A stretch of DNA of 64,000 bases from Lama glama (taxonomy: Eukaryota): contig CM052816.1 of the NCBI GenBank assembly GCA_028534125.1, positions 70,310,001-70,374,000 of the forward strand, written 5' to 3'. The notes below the pieces were generated by a model that did no database searches, was not told the origin of the DNA, and saw only the letters and a program-made list of their open reading frames with translations. Below are positions 39,150 through 52,699 of this stretch, piece by piece (the stretch's first letter is position 1; every line of letters starts with the position of its first letter). Both the position numbers and the translations under genes were made by a program.

Positions 39150-41035
39150 TAGGAAGATAAAAGAAAATATGATCTTATCCTAACAACAAGTAAAATCTGT
39201 ACAATCTACAAACTCACAGCTTTTCTTGAGCCTATCGGAGAGTGAGACTGCAGGGCAACCAGGTGGACTGAATTCCAAAGGGTGTTGAGCCCCTCTTATG
39301 AAAGGTGGGTACAGGATCTCTCTAAACCTTTGACAGCACATTGGAGGAAGCCACCATAGAAGAGAGTAAGAAGAAAACAAATTCTCAATGGCAGAGTCCA
39401 GGCTAACCTCATAGTTTAGAGCAAGGGTTAGAAAACCTCAACCCATGAGCTAAATTTAGCTTCCTGCCTACTTTTCATATTTTAAATCATTGGGAAAAAC
39501 TCAAAAAATATTTTGTGATGCATGAAAATTACATGAAATTCAAATTGTAGTGTCTCTAAATAAGATTTTGGGGAACACAGCCATACTCATTGTTTATCTA
39601 TGATCTGTGTCTGCTTTTGCACAACGGTGGTAGAGTTGAGTATTTACAATAGACTACATGATCTGCAAAACCTAAAATATTTACTGTCTGGTCCTTTACA
39701 GAAGACGTGTCTTGACCCCTAGTTTAGAGCCCTGTAAATCCAAGACACGGGGAAGTTGCACTTACTTGCCAGCTCGTTTCCTTGCCAGGTCTCAACCTCA
39801 TTCTCATGAGAAAGTTTGGGGGCAGGACAGAAGAGCTGAGAGTTCCTTGGTAATGCACAGACATAAAACCATTTCCTCTTCCACAGAATCTTCTCTTATA
39901 TGAAGGAAAACATGCAAATCACTATGGGAGTGCCAAGAAATCCTTCTACCCACTAGGCCAGGAAATGATCCAAAGCCTATGGTGGAAGGGTAGGAGTAAA
40001 ACTCAGGAGATAGTATGGAGAGGCAGGAAACTCTCCTGCTCCACTGGTCTTCCTGCTGAGGACGAGGTAGAAGTCTGTGGTACACTGAAAGGAACTACAT
40101 CAATAGCAAACCCAAACTCAGCTTGAGTATTGAGTAGATTGACTCAGCTTCCTACACTAACAGCTTTTCAGAAGAGGACAAATTTTCTTTTATAGACCTC
40201 AGTCTCTCTTGCTATTTTTTCCCACAAAATATCCAACATACTACAAAAAAATTATGAGACATATAAAGAGAATCAAGGAACTGAAAACCTGATCTATAGT
40301 CAAGAGAAAAAGTAGTCAGTAGAACCAGATGAAGAGATAACTTACATGTTAGAATTATCAAAGACTTTAGAATAATTATAATTCACATGTTAAAGGCTTG
40401 ATGGAAAAGATAGACAAAATGCATGAATATGTAGGACATTGAAGCAGAGAGATGGAAACTATTTTAAAAAGTCAAATGGAAATTCTAGGAATAATTAGAA
40501 TATAAAAATGAATAATTCCTTCGACAGTTAGCAGACCAGACACAACTGAAAAAAAAAATCAGGGACAGTCAATATAAATTACCCAAATTGTAATACAAAG
40601 AGGAAAAAAACAGAAGGAATGTAGAACAATGCTAAAAGGGCTGGGGCCCACCATTAAATGGGCTGACATGTATAACTAGAGGCTCAGAAGGAGAAGAAAG
40701 AGAGAATTGGGTGGAATAAATATTGAAAGAGTTAATGGTAAGAATTTAAAAATTATAAATTATCAAGAATATCAAGAAGAAAAGAGATGGCATTGGTATA
40801 GGTCCTACAGACATTAAAGGGGTAATAAGGGACTGCTTTCTACCTTCTCCATTTCTTCTACTTAAGGTACATAAGTCTGACTCTTTAGATGAAAAGTACA
40901 AATCCACTGAAAAGCACAAATTCTCAAAGCTCTTTCAGGAAAAAAATAGATAATCTGAAGAGCCCTGAACCTATTAAATAAATTCAGTTCATTTTGAAAA
41001 AACTCTTCCATTGTTGAATTTTATTAAACATTTAA
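39150..41035 (+). mobile_element. Ancient L1M 5' UTR/ORF1/ORF2 fragments, heavily deleted
   Basis: ORF1-like A-rich sequence 'gttagaattatcaaagactttagaataattataattcacatgttaaagg...gtcaaatggaaattctagg' and ORF2-like 'aatagataatctgaagagccct...gaattttattaaacatttaagg'. Confidence 0.6.
39422..39721 (+). mobile_element. MER58B-like hAT-Charlie MITE nested in the ancient L1
   Basis: TIR-like ends caagggttag... / ...tgacccct, internal 'aaaattacatgaaattcaaatt...aacctaaaatatttactgtctggtcctttacagaa', and an exact 8-bp TSD gtttagag (39414-39421 / 39722-39729). Confidence 0.9.
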
Positions 41036-42176
41036 GGTTAAGACTTCAACACATGAAACTGGGGAGGAGGACGCAATTCAGTCTGTAACAGGGAAGTTGG
41101 CAGTGTTGCTCTTTAGAGGTGTCACGTGAGGGTATGAGGTGGAACCTACCACGAAGAATGAGGAAAAGAGCAGTCTGGCTAAGGGGAACCATGGACACAG
41201 GACATCTTCAAAGTGTTGGAGTTTGGGGTTATCGGGAGGAAAACGAAATGCAGCTATTTCTAACCTGGTCACAGGTGAGACTACAATCAGATCTGTCACC
41301 TTCAGGTTTCTATTCAAAAGCCACTCCACCCAGCATTTGAGACTGGCATTTGGACAAGGTCAGAAAGAATACAAAGAGAAGAAACTAATTATGGGCAGAT
41401 GGGAGTTGCAGCTTTATTTCCAATCTCAAACTAACACCACTCACTGAAACTGGCTCACTTAAAAGCTGCCTCAGTGAAGGAGGACTTCTTGGGATGTCTC
41501 ATTAAGTGTTCCATGGCCAAATGCCTGCTCCATTAACGGTGACTTTAAAGCATTACCCAATTCCACCATGAAGGAAGATGCCTTAGGAAGCTCTCAAGGT
41601 CTCTGGCTAATGTTTACAGAGATTCTTAATCTCAGTCTTTCTAAGTCAACTGAAAAATATTTGACATCACATGTCAGCAAAGGCTTCTTCTGGGTGCCGG
41701 TTGAAGTCTTCAGCTGTAGTTTTCCGCTGTTTACCAAGCAGCAGAGCCTGGAAGATTATGGTTGAGAGTGCTCCAGGCAGGAATGGAGAATGTGAAACAC
41801 TGAAATCCTTCCACTTCTATTCAACCACACCTCATTTTTATTATTCCCCACACAGGAAGGTGAACAGAGAGAACTACTAAATACAGCAATGGGCATGGTT
41901 TGTGCTTGATTCACTCTTTCCTCCCTCTGACGGCGTAATTATCAACAATAGCATCAGGGCGCTGTAAACGAGCATCTTACGGAATTCAGGCCAGAGGAGT
42001 GTTCCTTTGGAGACAGGCTTTCAAGGCTTGAAGTCTTAGCTTAATTCACTCAAACTCTTCATGTAATATTGTAGTGTTACCTTTTAGCAATCCTCTAATC
42101 AAGAATCGTATATTTTTTAATTATCTTAAATATTTCTGCAGTGCATAAGATTCTGTTGTTTGTTAAGAAATATACA

Positions 42177-42312
42177 GTATAGCACAGGGAACTATATTCA
42201 GTATCTTGTAATAACCTATAATGGGAAATAATCTAAATATATGTATGTATAATTTTGTTGTACACCTGAAACTAACACAATGTTGTACAAAACTATACTT
42301 AAATAGAAAAAA
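42177..42312 (+). mobile_element. Very short LINE-1 3' tail insertion
   Basis: 'gtatagcacagggaactatattcagtatcttgtaataacctataatgg...' plus an A tail. Exact TSD aagaaatataca (42165-42176 / 42313-42324). Confidence 0.88.
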
Positions 42313-45300
42313 AAGAAATATACAAACATAATACCTCTGTATGTTCTATTAAAATGGGTAAGTTGTATTCTTGTTCGATAGATTCTGTATGTCATACCCC
42401 TTTGATATAACGGGTTGGTTTCTTCAAGTAATGGCAAGGAAAATAAAAATTTAACTTTCTTTACATTGCATTCTATACTTACACAAATGACAAATAGAAT
42501 AGTTGCTTATCTATTTTTCTGTGGTTTAATTTGTATTTGTGGTTTAATTTGATCTTAGCTGCACAAAATTGGAAAAGGCTTTTAAAAATACTTTCGAAAA
42601 TCTGTTCAACTGTAATTATTACACTCAAACGTAATCTTACATTTTCCATCTTGAGATGTATAAAAATATCTACTTACACATCAACGTGAACTTTTAAAAT
42701 TTAAGTATATATGTTTATTTCAATTCAGCTTCTCTTTAGTGAACTGTAATTTTTCTTTCTATAAAAATCATTGAGTCATTTAAGCAATTATTTAGTGAGA
42801 TAGATTACCTTAAAACTACTGCTGTGGATTAATCAACTTTAAGTGACAATTATTTAGTTGAAACATTCACTTGCTGTAAATGTTGTCAACAAAACCTGTG
42901 CATTCTTTTTGCTTTTCTCCAAGGAACAATTTTGGGATCTTTTTCTGCTTTTGGTTCGTAGTAATAATTTTTTCTTCTTATAAATAATTCCAAGTTTACT
43001 TTATTACAGATGGTATTTGTCTATAGCCAAAAACACTTTCCAAAATGCACCCTAGCTCAATAAACTAGTTTAAAAAGCATCTTAAATGAAAATAAGCAGT
43101 CAAAACAGAGATTAACAAGAATTGAAGCCCTAAGAACATCATAAATGGCCCTTTTCACCTCACTAGTCCTAGTTTTTAATGTAATCTAGAATACAAAATA
43201 TAAAAAATAGAAAATTGATTGTGTGACTATACACATGGCTTAATGGGACATGGTAACCCGTACAGCTGCCACCTGTGCTGTGTTAAAAACAGGATCTTGC
43301 ACATCTCTCTAAACTGTACCAGACAAAAATGATCACTGAATTTAATAAAGTTTAGATTGTTTAGGCTGAATCCCTGAACAGTTGGTTGAATAGACAGGAA
43401 TATTAATTTTTCTGAACTCAGAATTTAGATTTTTATATTGACATAAAGGTATGTTTTAAAAAGATTGTCTTGTATGCCTGCTGCTTGCCAAGCACTGAAC
43501 TAGATATCCATGAATAAAATATATATAATATATATATATCAGTGAACAAAATATGTATGTTCTCTGCACTCATTAATTAAATATATATAAACATCTGAAA
43601 AATAGTTTCATTCTTGATCAAGATCTTTTATCAGTTATATGGCCAACGACTTTCCTTTATAAAAAGATTGTCATTAGAATTTAAGAAAATGACATACAAA
43701 TTCCATCTCAAAAATAATGTGTTAAACTAGCAGTGTTAGGTTGTTCTGAACACGTACTGCCACCCAATGGAGATGTGCCCCAATGGCACTCGTTTCTAGG
43801 TTTGGAAACCACACATACTTTTGGAGAAGTAGTACTGTTGAGCAAATCATTCAGTGTGTTAGGTGTTCTGCCCAGAATGAACTGGATTGTCCTGGGAACG
43901 AGGGGTTGGGTGGGAAACTTCAGCTAAAAATGTTTTCCTCTCTAAACCCAGCAAAAAAATCCTTATTCAAAATCTGATCTGAGGTGACTATAGTGAAATA
44001 GTGAAACTGCCTATGAATATCTTGAGTGAGACCAAGTAACAGTAACCCTTTCATGGAAACACCACCAACATGCTAGGGGCGACCTTTCCATGTTATGTAC
44101 AAGTTGTATCATGAAGAACTGACACTGGGGAAAAAAACCAGTGGAATAGACCACCGGTCTTCTGGTCTGCCGATCTCTAAACTTTCAGCCTGCTTCTTGT
44201 TTTGTTTTTTGTTTATGTAGAATCAGCCTGAGTTTTACGTATCAAGGTTAGTTTGTTAGGGATCCTGAGTGGTCAAGAGGAGGAATGAACTAGAACGTTC
44301 CTCAGTGTCCCTTCCACCCTCGTGATTACGTTATCAGTGTCATTGTTCAAGCCTCTGACAAAAAGTATTTAAAGAGAGGGAAAATGTAACTCACCTCAGA
44401 AGTTCTTAAAATCACTTGTATGTTAGGTGCCTTTAAAAAGATACTAAATAGGCATTTTCACATTTTTATTGATCAAGAAGTTGAGATAGCCAGTATATTA
44501 TCCCATGGCAAGTTTTCAAATAAGAAGGTAGCCTAGTATCAAAAGCTTACTTTTTTAGGGAATTCATTATTCAGGAAAAGTTAAAGTCATTTCCAGCTCA
44601 GTGAGAATGTTGCTGTAGAGTCCCTTTATGTCCAAAATGCCCCTTCCACCTTTCCCATAGGAGGTAACAGAAGGCATTGGATGGGACCCCAGCACATAGG
44701 AGCCCAAAGCTCCCTTTTTAACTTCAGCTGTTAAGAGGGTGTGAGCATAGTAATACCCTACTGGGAATGCTGAAAAATTTTCCAGGGCAGAAATTGCCTT
44801 ACTGAATTTATCATTTGATTACCTTAACACCTCAGTCTCCAAAGGGAACAGTTACCTAACGATGTATCATATGACTATTCAAGTTATATTATGAAATGTG
44901 ACAAGAAAGATTAGAGTGGTTTAATGAAGAATGTTATGGTACGTTTCTCATATAGATTTCCTGAATAGGTGATTAAGGCTGTGCTTCATGGAAGCTTTGC
45001 AAAGTTTGTTTATTGAAGTATCAGAAGTGGTAAACATCATTTAGTCATTCAACAAACATCAATTGCATACTTACTATGTGCTCTGTGTAGCTATCTTGCT
45101 ATACATATGGATATAAAGATACGTAACAACATAGAATCTTTGCCCAGTCAGGGAGGAGCACTACGATGGCTTGGCCAGCATGTGCTCATTTACTGTCTAA
45201 GACAGAAAATAATTCAAAATGTGAATTCCATCTACTGAATGCAAGTGTGATGGTACATTCCATTAATTGACCACCATGTGAATTAGCACATTGATGCTGT

Positions 45301-46914
45301 AATTAGAAACAACTCTGTTCCATTAAAAAATAACAAATTTTTAACAAAAACTGTGCCAAGGATAGCTTCTTTTATCCAGAAGAAAGTTTTCATAATCAAA
45401 CCAGATTGCTTTAATAATTATACTCCACTAAAAATTATAAATGTTATACGTATGTAAGGCACAGTGTGGTACTCTAATGACAAATTAAACACATGGGAAT
45501 GTAATTGCTCTGCAAGGTTCTCATGAATAAATTTGTCTCAAAGAAAGTTGCTGGAGGGCTTCCGGGGAATCTACATGCCTAGTCAAGAGAAAGTCTCTTC
45601 TGTCTCACAGTTCATTGGGATTGAGAATCACTAGAGAAGTTCATGTAAATCTTAACCCTGTTTTTGACTTGCCCAAGTCACAAAAGGATCTGTCTTACAC
45701 CCTATTTGTCTTTCTCTTGGCCAAATTATCCAAGTACAGAAGTCAGTTCCGTCTTAATTCTTACGAAGTCCTCAGGGTACCAGTTAGCAAATTCACTCTT
45801 TCACTAATAGCTCTCCAGTGACCTTGGAGTCGAAAACTTTCGAAAATCGCCCAAATGACTCCCAGGGAATAATTTATGAACAAGAAGTTCCTAGTTTTGA
45901 TCTATGTGGGGGCCTGCTCTGTAGGTCAGAAGGCAGGTAGACTAATCAGTATCTTCATAGACTGTTCATATTTTGGGTCTTGATTTACAGAGTTAGAGTG
46001 AACTTTAATTTGCCTAATTTTATTCCATTATATCTAACTTTGTTGTCCATCATTAATAACATCAGCTACACATCCACTGTTTGTAGAACCCTCTGTTATC
46101 TTTCTAATTTTCCAACTCCTTTAAAGGGAGATATTTTGTTTTCTTTTGACAAAATTATATCTGTTCTTCTCCCTTCCAGTTGACTGAGGAGACAGAGTGT
46201 TCTATGAGGGAGAAATAGTTAATGTGAAAAGATTTCTATTCTGTGACCTCATCTGGACTTTCTGATTTGGACAGTATACAATAAAACTTGATTATTTTGG
46301 AGGATAAAAAAGGATGTCTTTGGGTTGATTTCATTCATGATAAATCAGTGCCTTATGAATGGGCAAAAACCTCAACCAGTTAGTTAAGGAATAGCAGTGG
46401 TTCAAAAACCATGTTGTACTTCATATATGCCCTTAGTAACAAAGTGAAAACAAACATTTTGAGTATTTGTGATTTCTCCAGAGCCACCCTCATCCTCCAC
46501 TCTCCGCAGGCTCACTCATAGAAACCACCTTGTCCTTTCTTTTAACTCTGAGACTTTTTCTGTATCTTTAAGACCATGCAGTGTTTCTTGTTTGTCTGTT
46601 CCTTCCCATGGTCATTGCCCAATGACGCTAGGTCCAGCCAACTTCCATCCACGAGGATCTGAGTTTGCCCACAGCTATGTCTCCCAACTGTCCCTGATTT
46701 CTGTTCTCAGTTCTGTTCTTTGTCCTCAGCTGCAGCTTGTCCCTGGAACTATTCCCAGTTTTCAGAACTAGCCAGAAGAAGCTGACCCACAAGATGAGAG
46801 GAATAGAAGAGAGATTTCCTAGGCTCTCTCCAGCTTCATGGACCTATGGGGCTGTCATAGTAGGCAATGGGAGGACATCAACTTCCAGCCATGCCCTTCC
46901 ATTCTCATTATAGG

Positions 46915-47080
46915 CATCAGTCCCTTAAATCTTCACAACCACCCCATAAAGTAGACAGTCCTTTTATAGATGAGGAAACTGAGATTTCAAGAGGTTAAAT
47001 CACATGCCCACAGTGGCATAGCTGGTGAGAGTCAGAGCCAGGATTTGAACATGACTCCATGGATTATGCTGTTAATCACT
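46915..47080 (-). mobile_element. MIR SINE (further MIR pieces at ~47250-47630 and ~47735-47880)
   Basis: 'ttttatagatgaggaaactgagatttcaagaggttaaatcacatgccc...gagccaggatttgaac'. Confidence 0.8.
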
Positions 47081-48599
47081 GCAAGTCAGACACCTACCAT
47101 GTAAACAGCTCTTATGACATTCAGATTTACCAGCTAAGACAAATGAAAGGTGATGTAACTGACTTCATCATTTGTATCTTATTTAATATGTTTGGAGTTC
47201 AGAGCCTCTTGAATTTAATATATGAATTTATAGTAGCCAATATTTTTGAGTAGTTACGTGCTAGATACCAGAGCTTTACATATATTTTCTCATTTAAATC
47301 TCACAACTGCCACGTGGTAAGGCAGGTACCACCATCCTTTTTTTAAAAAATAACATTTTATTGAAATACACATGTGGGAAAATGAACAGAATCGCAAATG
47401 TACAATTCAATAAATTTTCACAAATGGAAAGCACTATTCAGGTCAAAAAAGTGAACATTACCACCATCCAAGGAGATCTCTCATTCTCTCTTCCAATCAC
47501 TATTCCTCGATCCAGGTTGCAGGTTCTACTGTTCTTTGCACTGAAGAAAAAAAAAAAAATGGAAACAGAGGCACAGCATGCTTAAATAACTTGTTCCAAA
47601 TCACAGAGCTGAGAAAAACAGAGTTGAACTAGATATTTCTCCTCCACTGTACTGCTTCTGTTAGAATTTTTTGGCTTCCCTTGTAAGTGCTTCCTAGGAG
47701 TGGCTATTGGGCAAAGAGTTGTTTATGCATAATGCATTGAGTCCTCGTATCAAACCGAGTAATACTATTATCTGCCTTTTACAGCTGAAGAAATCATGGA
47801 TAAGAGACTTTCAGTGATGCCTTGATAGAAAGTATTAGAAGTAGGATTTCTACCTAAATCTGATTCATTTAGAGTTGATGCTTATGGGAAATAAACTGAA
47901 AAATGAATAATGGCCTCAGAATAACTTAAAATTTCTGATGAGGAGATGTCCAAAAAAATTCCTTCATTCTTCTGGCAAGTCCTTTCATCTTGGCTTTCGC
48001 TTGAGGTCTCCATGTCACTTTTGCCCATGAGCAGCACTATTTGTATCATAAAAAAAAATACTTATTGGACTGGATTCTGCCTGTTGGTCATAATTAAACA
48101 GTGGTAGCATTAGCATGTTATTTTTCACCTTCTATCAGAAGGATTATGTTATCCATTTTAATGCTTTGACCCTTAACTGCACACAGGTTGACTGTCATAG
48201 GCAAACAATTAAAGTGCCAGTCACTTGCTACCTATTGCATGTTCCAGGAGTCCAAAAACCTTTCTGCTGTGAGTGACTTCCAGTCACCTGAGGCTAATAG
48301 ATCTGCTAATGCAATTCTCCAGGCTTTTCTGGAAGTGCTGCCAGCTGATTCTGTGTTGCTATCAGAGTGGCCTCACATGGTTGTTGACCTGATGTGCCCC
48401 TCTGTGGTCTTGTTACAGCACTCTCAGCTACACACTCTGGCTCGTGTAATATTTGCAAATATGTAGAGTTTTAGTCTCTGCTCTTGGAAGTGGCAGATCC
48501 TATTTGGGAATGAAAAGTGCTGTGATTTTTGTTACTTGCTCTTTCTTTCTCCCTTCAGACCAGATTTCGGACAGTTTCCCTGTTTCGTATTATAATTCC

Positions 48600-49010
48600 C
48601 GATTGTATCGGCATTCGTATTCCCAAATTGAATCTCATTTCACGACTTTCTGCCATATTTCTAGCCTCTTTTTTCCATGGTGCATTATATCGTCTATTGT
48701 TACAATTTCAAACAGCTGCCAACTTAACACACTTATCAAACAAGTAGGGGATACAGTTTACCCCGCTACCCTCTACCAAACAATGAATAAAGATATTAAA
48801 TTAACCTGGTTCCACTCCAATACTCTAGAGGCCTTACTGGACACCTTCCCCTGTCTGGGGATGGCCATTTATCACTGTTTTTGGATGTGATACTCTGGCT
48901 TGTTTTCAGCCCATGTGACAGGGCTTCCATATGAATAAATCTACTTCAAGGGAGATTTTTGTGTTGCAATATATTAGCTGTGACATTAAAGATTGGTGCT
49001 GTTAGGTCTA
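48600..49010 (-). mobile_element. CR1/L3 LINE reverse-transcriptase relic
   Basis: The minus strand gives 'gaaccaggttaatttaatatctttattcattgtttg' (resembling GPVLFNIFINDL) and 'aggctagaaatatggcagaaagtcgtgaaatgagattcaatttggga' (resembling RLE.WAE.N.MRFN), in the expected CR1 order. Confidence 0.6.
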
Positions 49011-49915
49011 CTGAATTCTTTCCTTTACACTAATTTCAGTAATTCATTCAAAAGAAGGATTAAGTGTGCCTGGCATTATGCACACTGTATTTTGTTTAGT
49101 GTTCCATTATTCCAGATGTTCAGAATAAGCAACTCTGGGCACTTTTGAGGAGAAAAGTAAAATATTCCCAGGCACCCCATTATATGCATAAATGCTGGAA
49201 ATGGTTGATGACACACATATATATACATATATGAATCTATATATTTATATTCATAGATGTGCTTGTCTGAGAGAGCATATGGCGGTGTGTGAAGCAGAAC
49301 CATAAAAGAGGGAAAGTACTGAACAGTTTGTCGTGAGATTTCTCTTCTAGACCAGGCTCTGACACTGTTTGACCCTATTTAAGACAACTGATCTTATAAA
49401 GTCTCAGTTTCTTAATAACGAAAGTCTAGGTAGGTCAGAATTATTTCTGATGGGTCCAATGTGGCATCTAAATGTGTGGTTGCATCTTTTTTTCTTTTGA
49501 TCTTTAATTTTTACATCAGAACAAACAACATTCCTTTGACAGAGCCTGTGTAAACTCGTATGTTATATCTGATTCTGTGTCTTTTTTTATAGCCCTAGAT
49601 TAGAGATTCAGGCTTTTTGGTACATAAGCAGAAAATACTTGATTCTGGAACAAAACTACAGAGTGGGAAGAAGTGGAGATGTTGCCAGTTCTGTTATTTA
49701 CAGAGCAGAGACGCTGTATCACATAACCTGGGCTGGAAGCTTCACCCTTAAGTTTGATCCTAAGGATTCCTGACAATAAAATGGAAACTTGTTTGCCTTT
49801 GCAGAGCTTCTGCCTTAGAGATGCACAGAATTTTAGATCTGGGAGGTTATTTGAGGGTCAGCCACCCAGTCCCTCATTCTAGGAGACCTGACTCCCCTTA
49901 ACTTTTGTCTGCATG

Positions 49916-49958
49916 CAAATGAGAGAGAGTCAAGAATTCATTGACTCTCTCTCATTTG
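49916..49958. repeat. Near-perfect 43-bp palindrome (18-bp arms, 7-nt centre)
   Basis: caaatgagagagagtcaa (49916-49933) - gaattca - ttgactctctctcatttg (49941-49958). Confidence 0.95.
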
Positions 49959-51194
49959 AGGTAGGACCACTTTAAATTCCACTTGGAGTAGGAACAAGGA
50001 CCTGCCTCCCACAGATGGGTAAGTGGGAGGCACAAAGAAATGTGTCTGACACCCTCCACACCTCTGGGGAATGGGTAGGAAAGACAAAATCACCTAGCCC
50101 ACCTCAAAAGCCAGAGCAGAGGACTTTGTCCTTGGATTTTCACCAGGCCTTCATTCACAAGACAAGTGGCCATGACCTCCCACCCTGGCTGATCTCTCAG
50201 AGCTTAGAGTTCAGTGAAAACAAAGGCGAGGCAAACATGTCCCCAGCAACACACAAGAGAAACGCGAAGTTGTTTATTCACCAAAACACTAAAACCAAAG
50301 GAAACTCTGCACTTTATTTAATCAAATGCATGTCATTTGAAAGCCAAGTTTCCCAGAATAAATTATGTCCATTTCTTTTACCAGTGAAAATATCTCTAAC
50401 CTTTAATTAAGTGATCTGCAACACATGAAGTAATGAGATGCTGAATGTTTCAAAAACTATACAAATACTTTGCAATCACTGGATCCTAAAAACAGTTCCA
50501 TAAACTACCAAATGTGCTAACCAAAAAAAAAAAAAAAGAGAGCAGGAGAGAAATAATCTCTCAGTTTCATAAAGATGTATAATTGCATAGAAAGGTGACT
50601 AAGAAAATGCTCACCAAAAAAATAAAGTGTTTACCTCAGGGTTGTAAAATACTGGATGACTTTTCCTTTCTCTTTAAGCTTTTCATATATGGCTTAAACA
50701 GTCTTAAGTAAAAAAAATTGTACTCTAAAAAGACAAAATTTGTTGTATTTTGAGAAATGTTAATATAGAGCTAACTTTAAAGTATCTACAGAACCCTTGA
50801 GCTTGTTGTTTGTGGCAAGTACTTCCATTTCTCATCAATTTAATCTCTTCTTAAACCTCATTATCTGTTCCTCTTCAACCCCACTCAGATGGGACTCTCT
50901 TTTGAATATTATCAATGATTTGTCTTTTTTAGAGACCTGATGTCATTTTGGTCTTAATTCTCTCGATATTCGATGGTCCAGAAATCAGCTGGCTATATAT
51001 TCCTTGAATATCCCTTCCCATAATTTTCAGTGACACTGAAATTTTCTCCTTCTCTTTCATCCTGTGTGAACATTCCTTCTCCTTGCTACTACTGATAGGA
51101 GCTATTTTCCCCCCTTCTCATCACTTACTTCTTTTGTAAACCCACTTGCTCCCATGATTCTAACCACTCAGGATTCCACCACATGGAAAATGAG

Positions 51195-51553
51195 GGCCAC
51201 TGGGTGCCAGGCATTGTGCTCAGTGATTAGGAATCAATGCCTAGTAAGACACAGTGTCTTCAAGGAACTCACAAAAAAGGGAGTGTTAGGTTATGCAGCT
51301 TGCTGAATTTAAAGGTAGAATCATACAGAGAAATGCAAGGAAAGAGTACCTAAGTCAGCCTGGAAAATGAGGAAGGACTTCATTAAAGAAGTGGTCAGTC
51401 ATTTCAGACATACGGCACAGTGCAAACAAAGGTACAAAGACATGAGAAGGCACGGTGTGCAGGGGGAGTTACAAGCAACCTAGTGTTGATGAGCTTGCAA
51501 GGCAGGGATGCCCACAGAAGGCAGATGATGAAGGGCCTTGTATGATGTGCTAG
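51195..51553 (-). mobile_element. L2 LINE 3' fragment, interrupted downstream by MLT1 and MER20B-like elements
   Basis: 'cactgggtgccaggcattgtgctcagtg...tcaaggaactcaca...agtgcaaacaaaggtacaaagacatgaga...tgaagggccttgtatg'. Confidence 0.65.
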
Positions 51554-51905
51554 TGTTGTGGACTGGGTTGTGTCTCCCCACAATTCATATATTGAGCCCT
51601 AACCCAAGGTGTGCCTGTATTTGAAGATAAGGCCTTAATGGAAGTAAGGTTAATTAGGGCAGGGCCTGGATCCAATAGGATTAGTGCCCTTATAAGAGCG
51701 ACATCAAAGAGCTTGCCCCTCCTCTTTCTTTCCACCCAAGTGAGGATACAATAAGAAGGCAGCCATTTGCAAACCAGGAGGCTCTTACTCATAGAACTGC
51801 TAACACCCTGATCTTAGACTTCCTGCCTCCAGGGAAAAAAATCTCTGTTGTTTAAACCCCTCAGTCTCTGGTATTTTATTATGGCAGCCCAAGCTGACTA
51901 AGGCA
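51554..51905 (+). mobile_element. MLT1A/B-type MaLR solo LTR
   Basis: 'tgttgtggactgggttgtgtctcccc...aataggattagtgcccttataagag...tattttattatggcagcccaagctgactaaggca'. Confidence 0.88.
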
Positions 51906-51934
51906 GTGAGGGAGTCTGGATTTCACCCTGCAGG

Positions 51935-52699
51935 CAGGGATTCTTCACAGGGAAGTACTGCTGCCAGGGGCATTTTGGAAATTTGAGAGGGCATTTTGGA
52001 AATTTGAGAGAGCATTTTTTTTCCTTTTTGGCTGTCACATTGATTGCCAGGTGCTATTGGCATTTACAGGGTAGGGGCCAAGGGTGTTAGATGTTTTTTG
52101 CTTCATGGAGTATTTCCTTGCAATGAAGAAATGCCCCACATCCACCTGACATTTATGTAGGTGAAAAACATGTTTATCATTTCTGGGTCCAGAACCAATT
52201 TCCACTTTACCTAAAAACACCAAAGGTTTTTATATAATTTAATATACATTGAAATTTTGGGGAATGTCACTGTGTGTAAATTGAGAAAAAATATTTTTTA
52301 AATGTCTAAACATTATTCAGAATTTCATAAAGTCATGTTGCTATAATAAAATGACTCTTTGTGTCTGTGTTTCCAATATGTCTGCCTGTATTAGTTGGCA
52401 TATGTATTGTCATGTGTGGTGGCTCAGCATATAGATGTGAACATCTGACTACTTTATTACGTCTTTTAGTGTTTTTGTGTTTGGGCATTTACTATTGAAA
52501 GCTATTTTATTTTATTGTAAATACTTTCTTTATAAGTTTCTTCTTCATAATACAGCTAGAAAAAAATTCTAGGTTTTTGCATTGTTTTGTTTTAAATATG
52601 TTTAGAAAGATTCTACTTAACCTATAAATTTTCTTTCAGGATAATAAAAAGGACATCACAAAATATTTGTTATAAAAATGGGAGGATTAAGAACTACTG
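51935..52699 (+). mobile_element. MER20B-like hAT-Charlie element with a 21-bp tandem duplication (51968-52009)
   Basis: Ends 'cagggattcttcac' / 'ttaagaactactg', with internal 'ggtgctattggcattt...aatgaagaaatgcccc...aggtgaaaaacatgtttat'. gggcattttggaaatttgaga occurs twice in tandem. Confidence 0.7.

Noticed and set aside
48453..48890. 145-aa + strand ORF
   Set aside because: It is antisense to a CR1/L3 relic, has a non-ATG start and lacks protein-like features.
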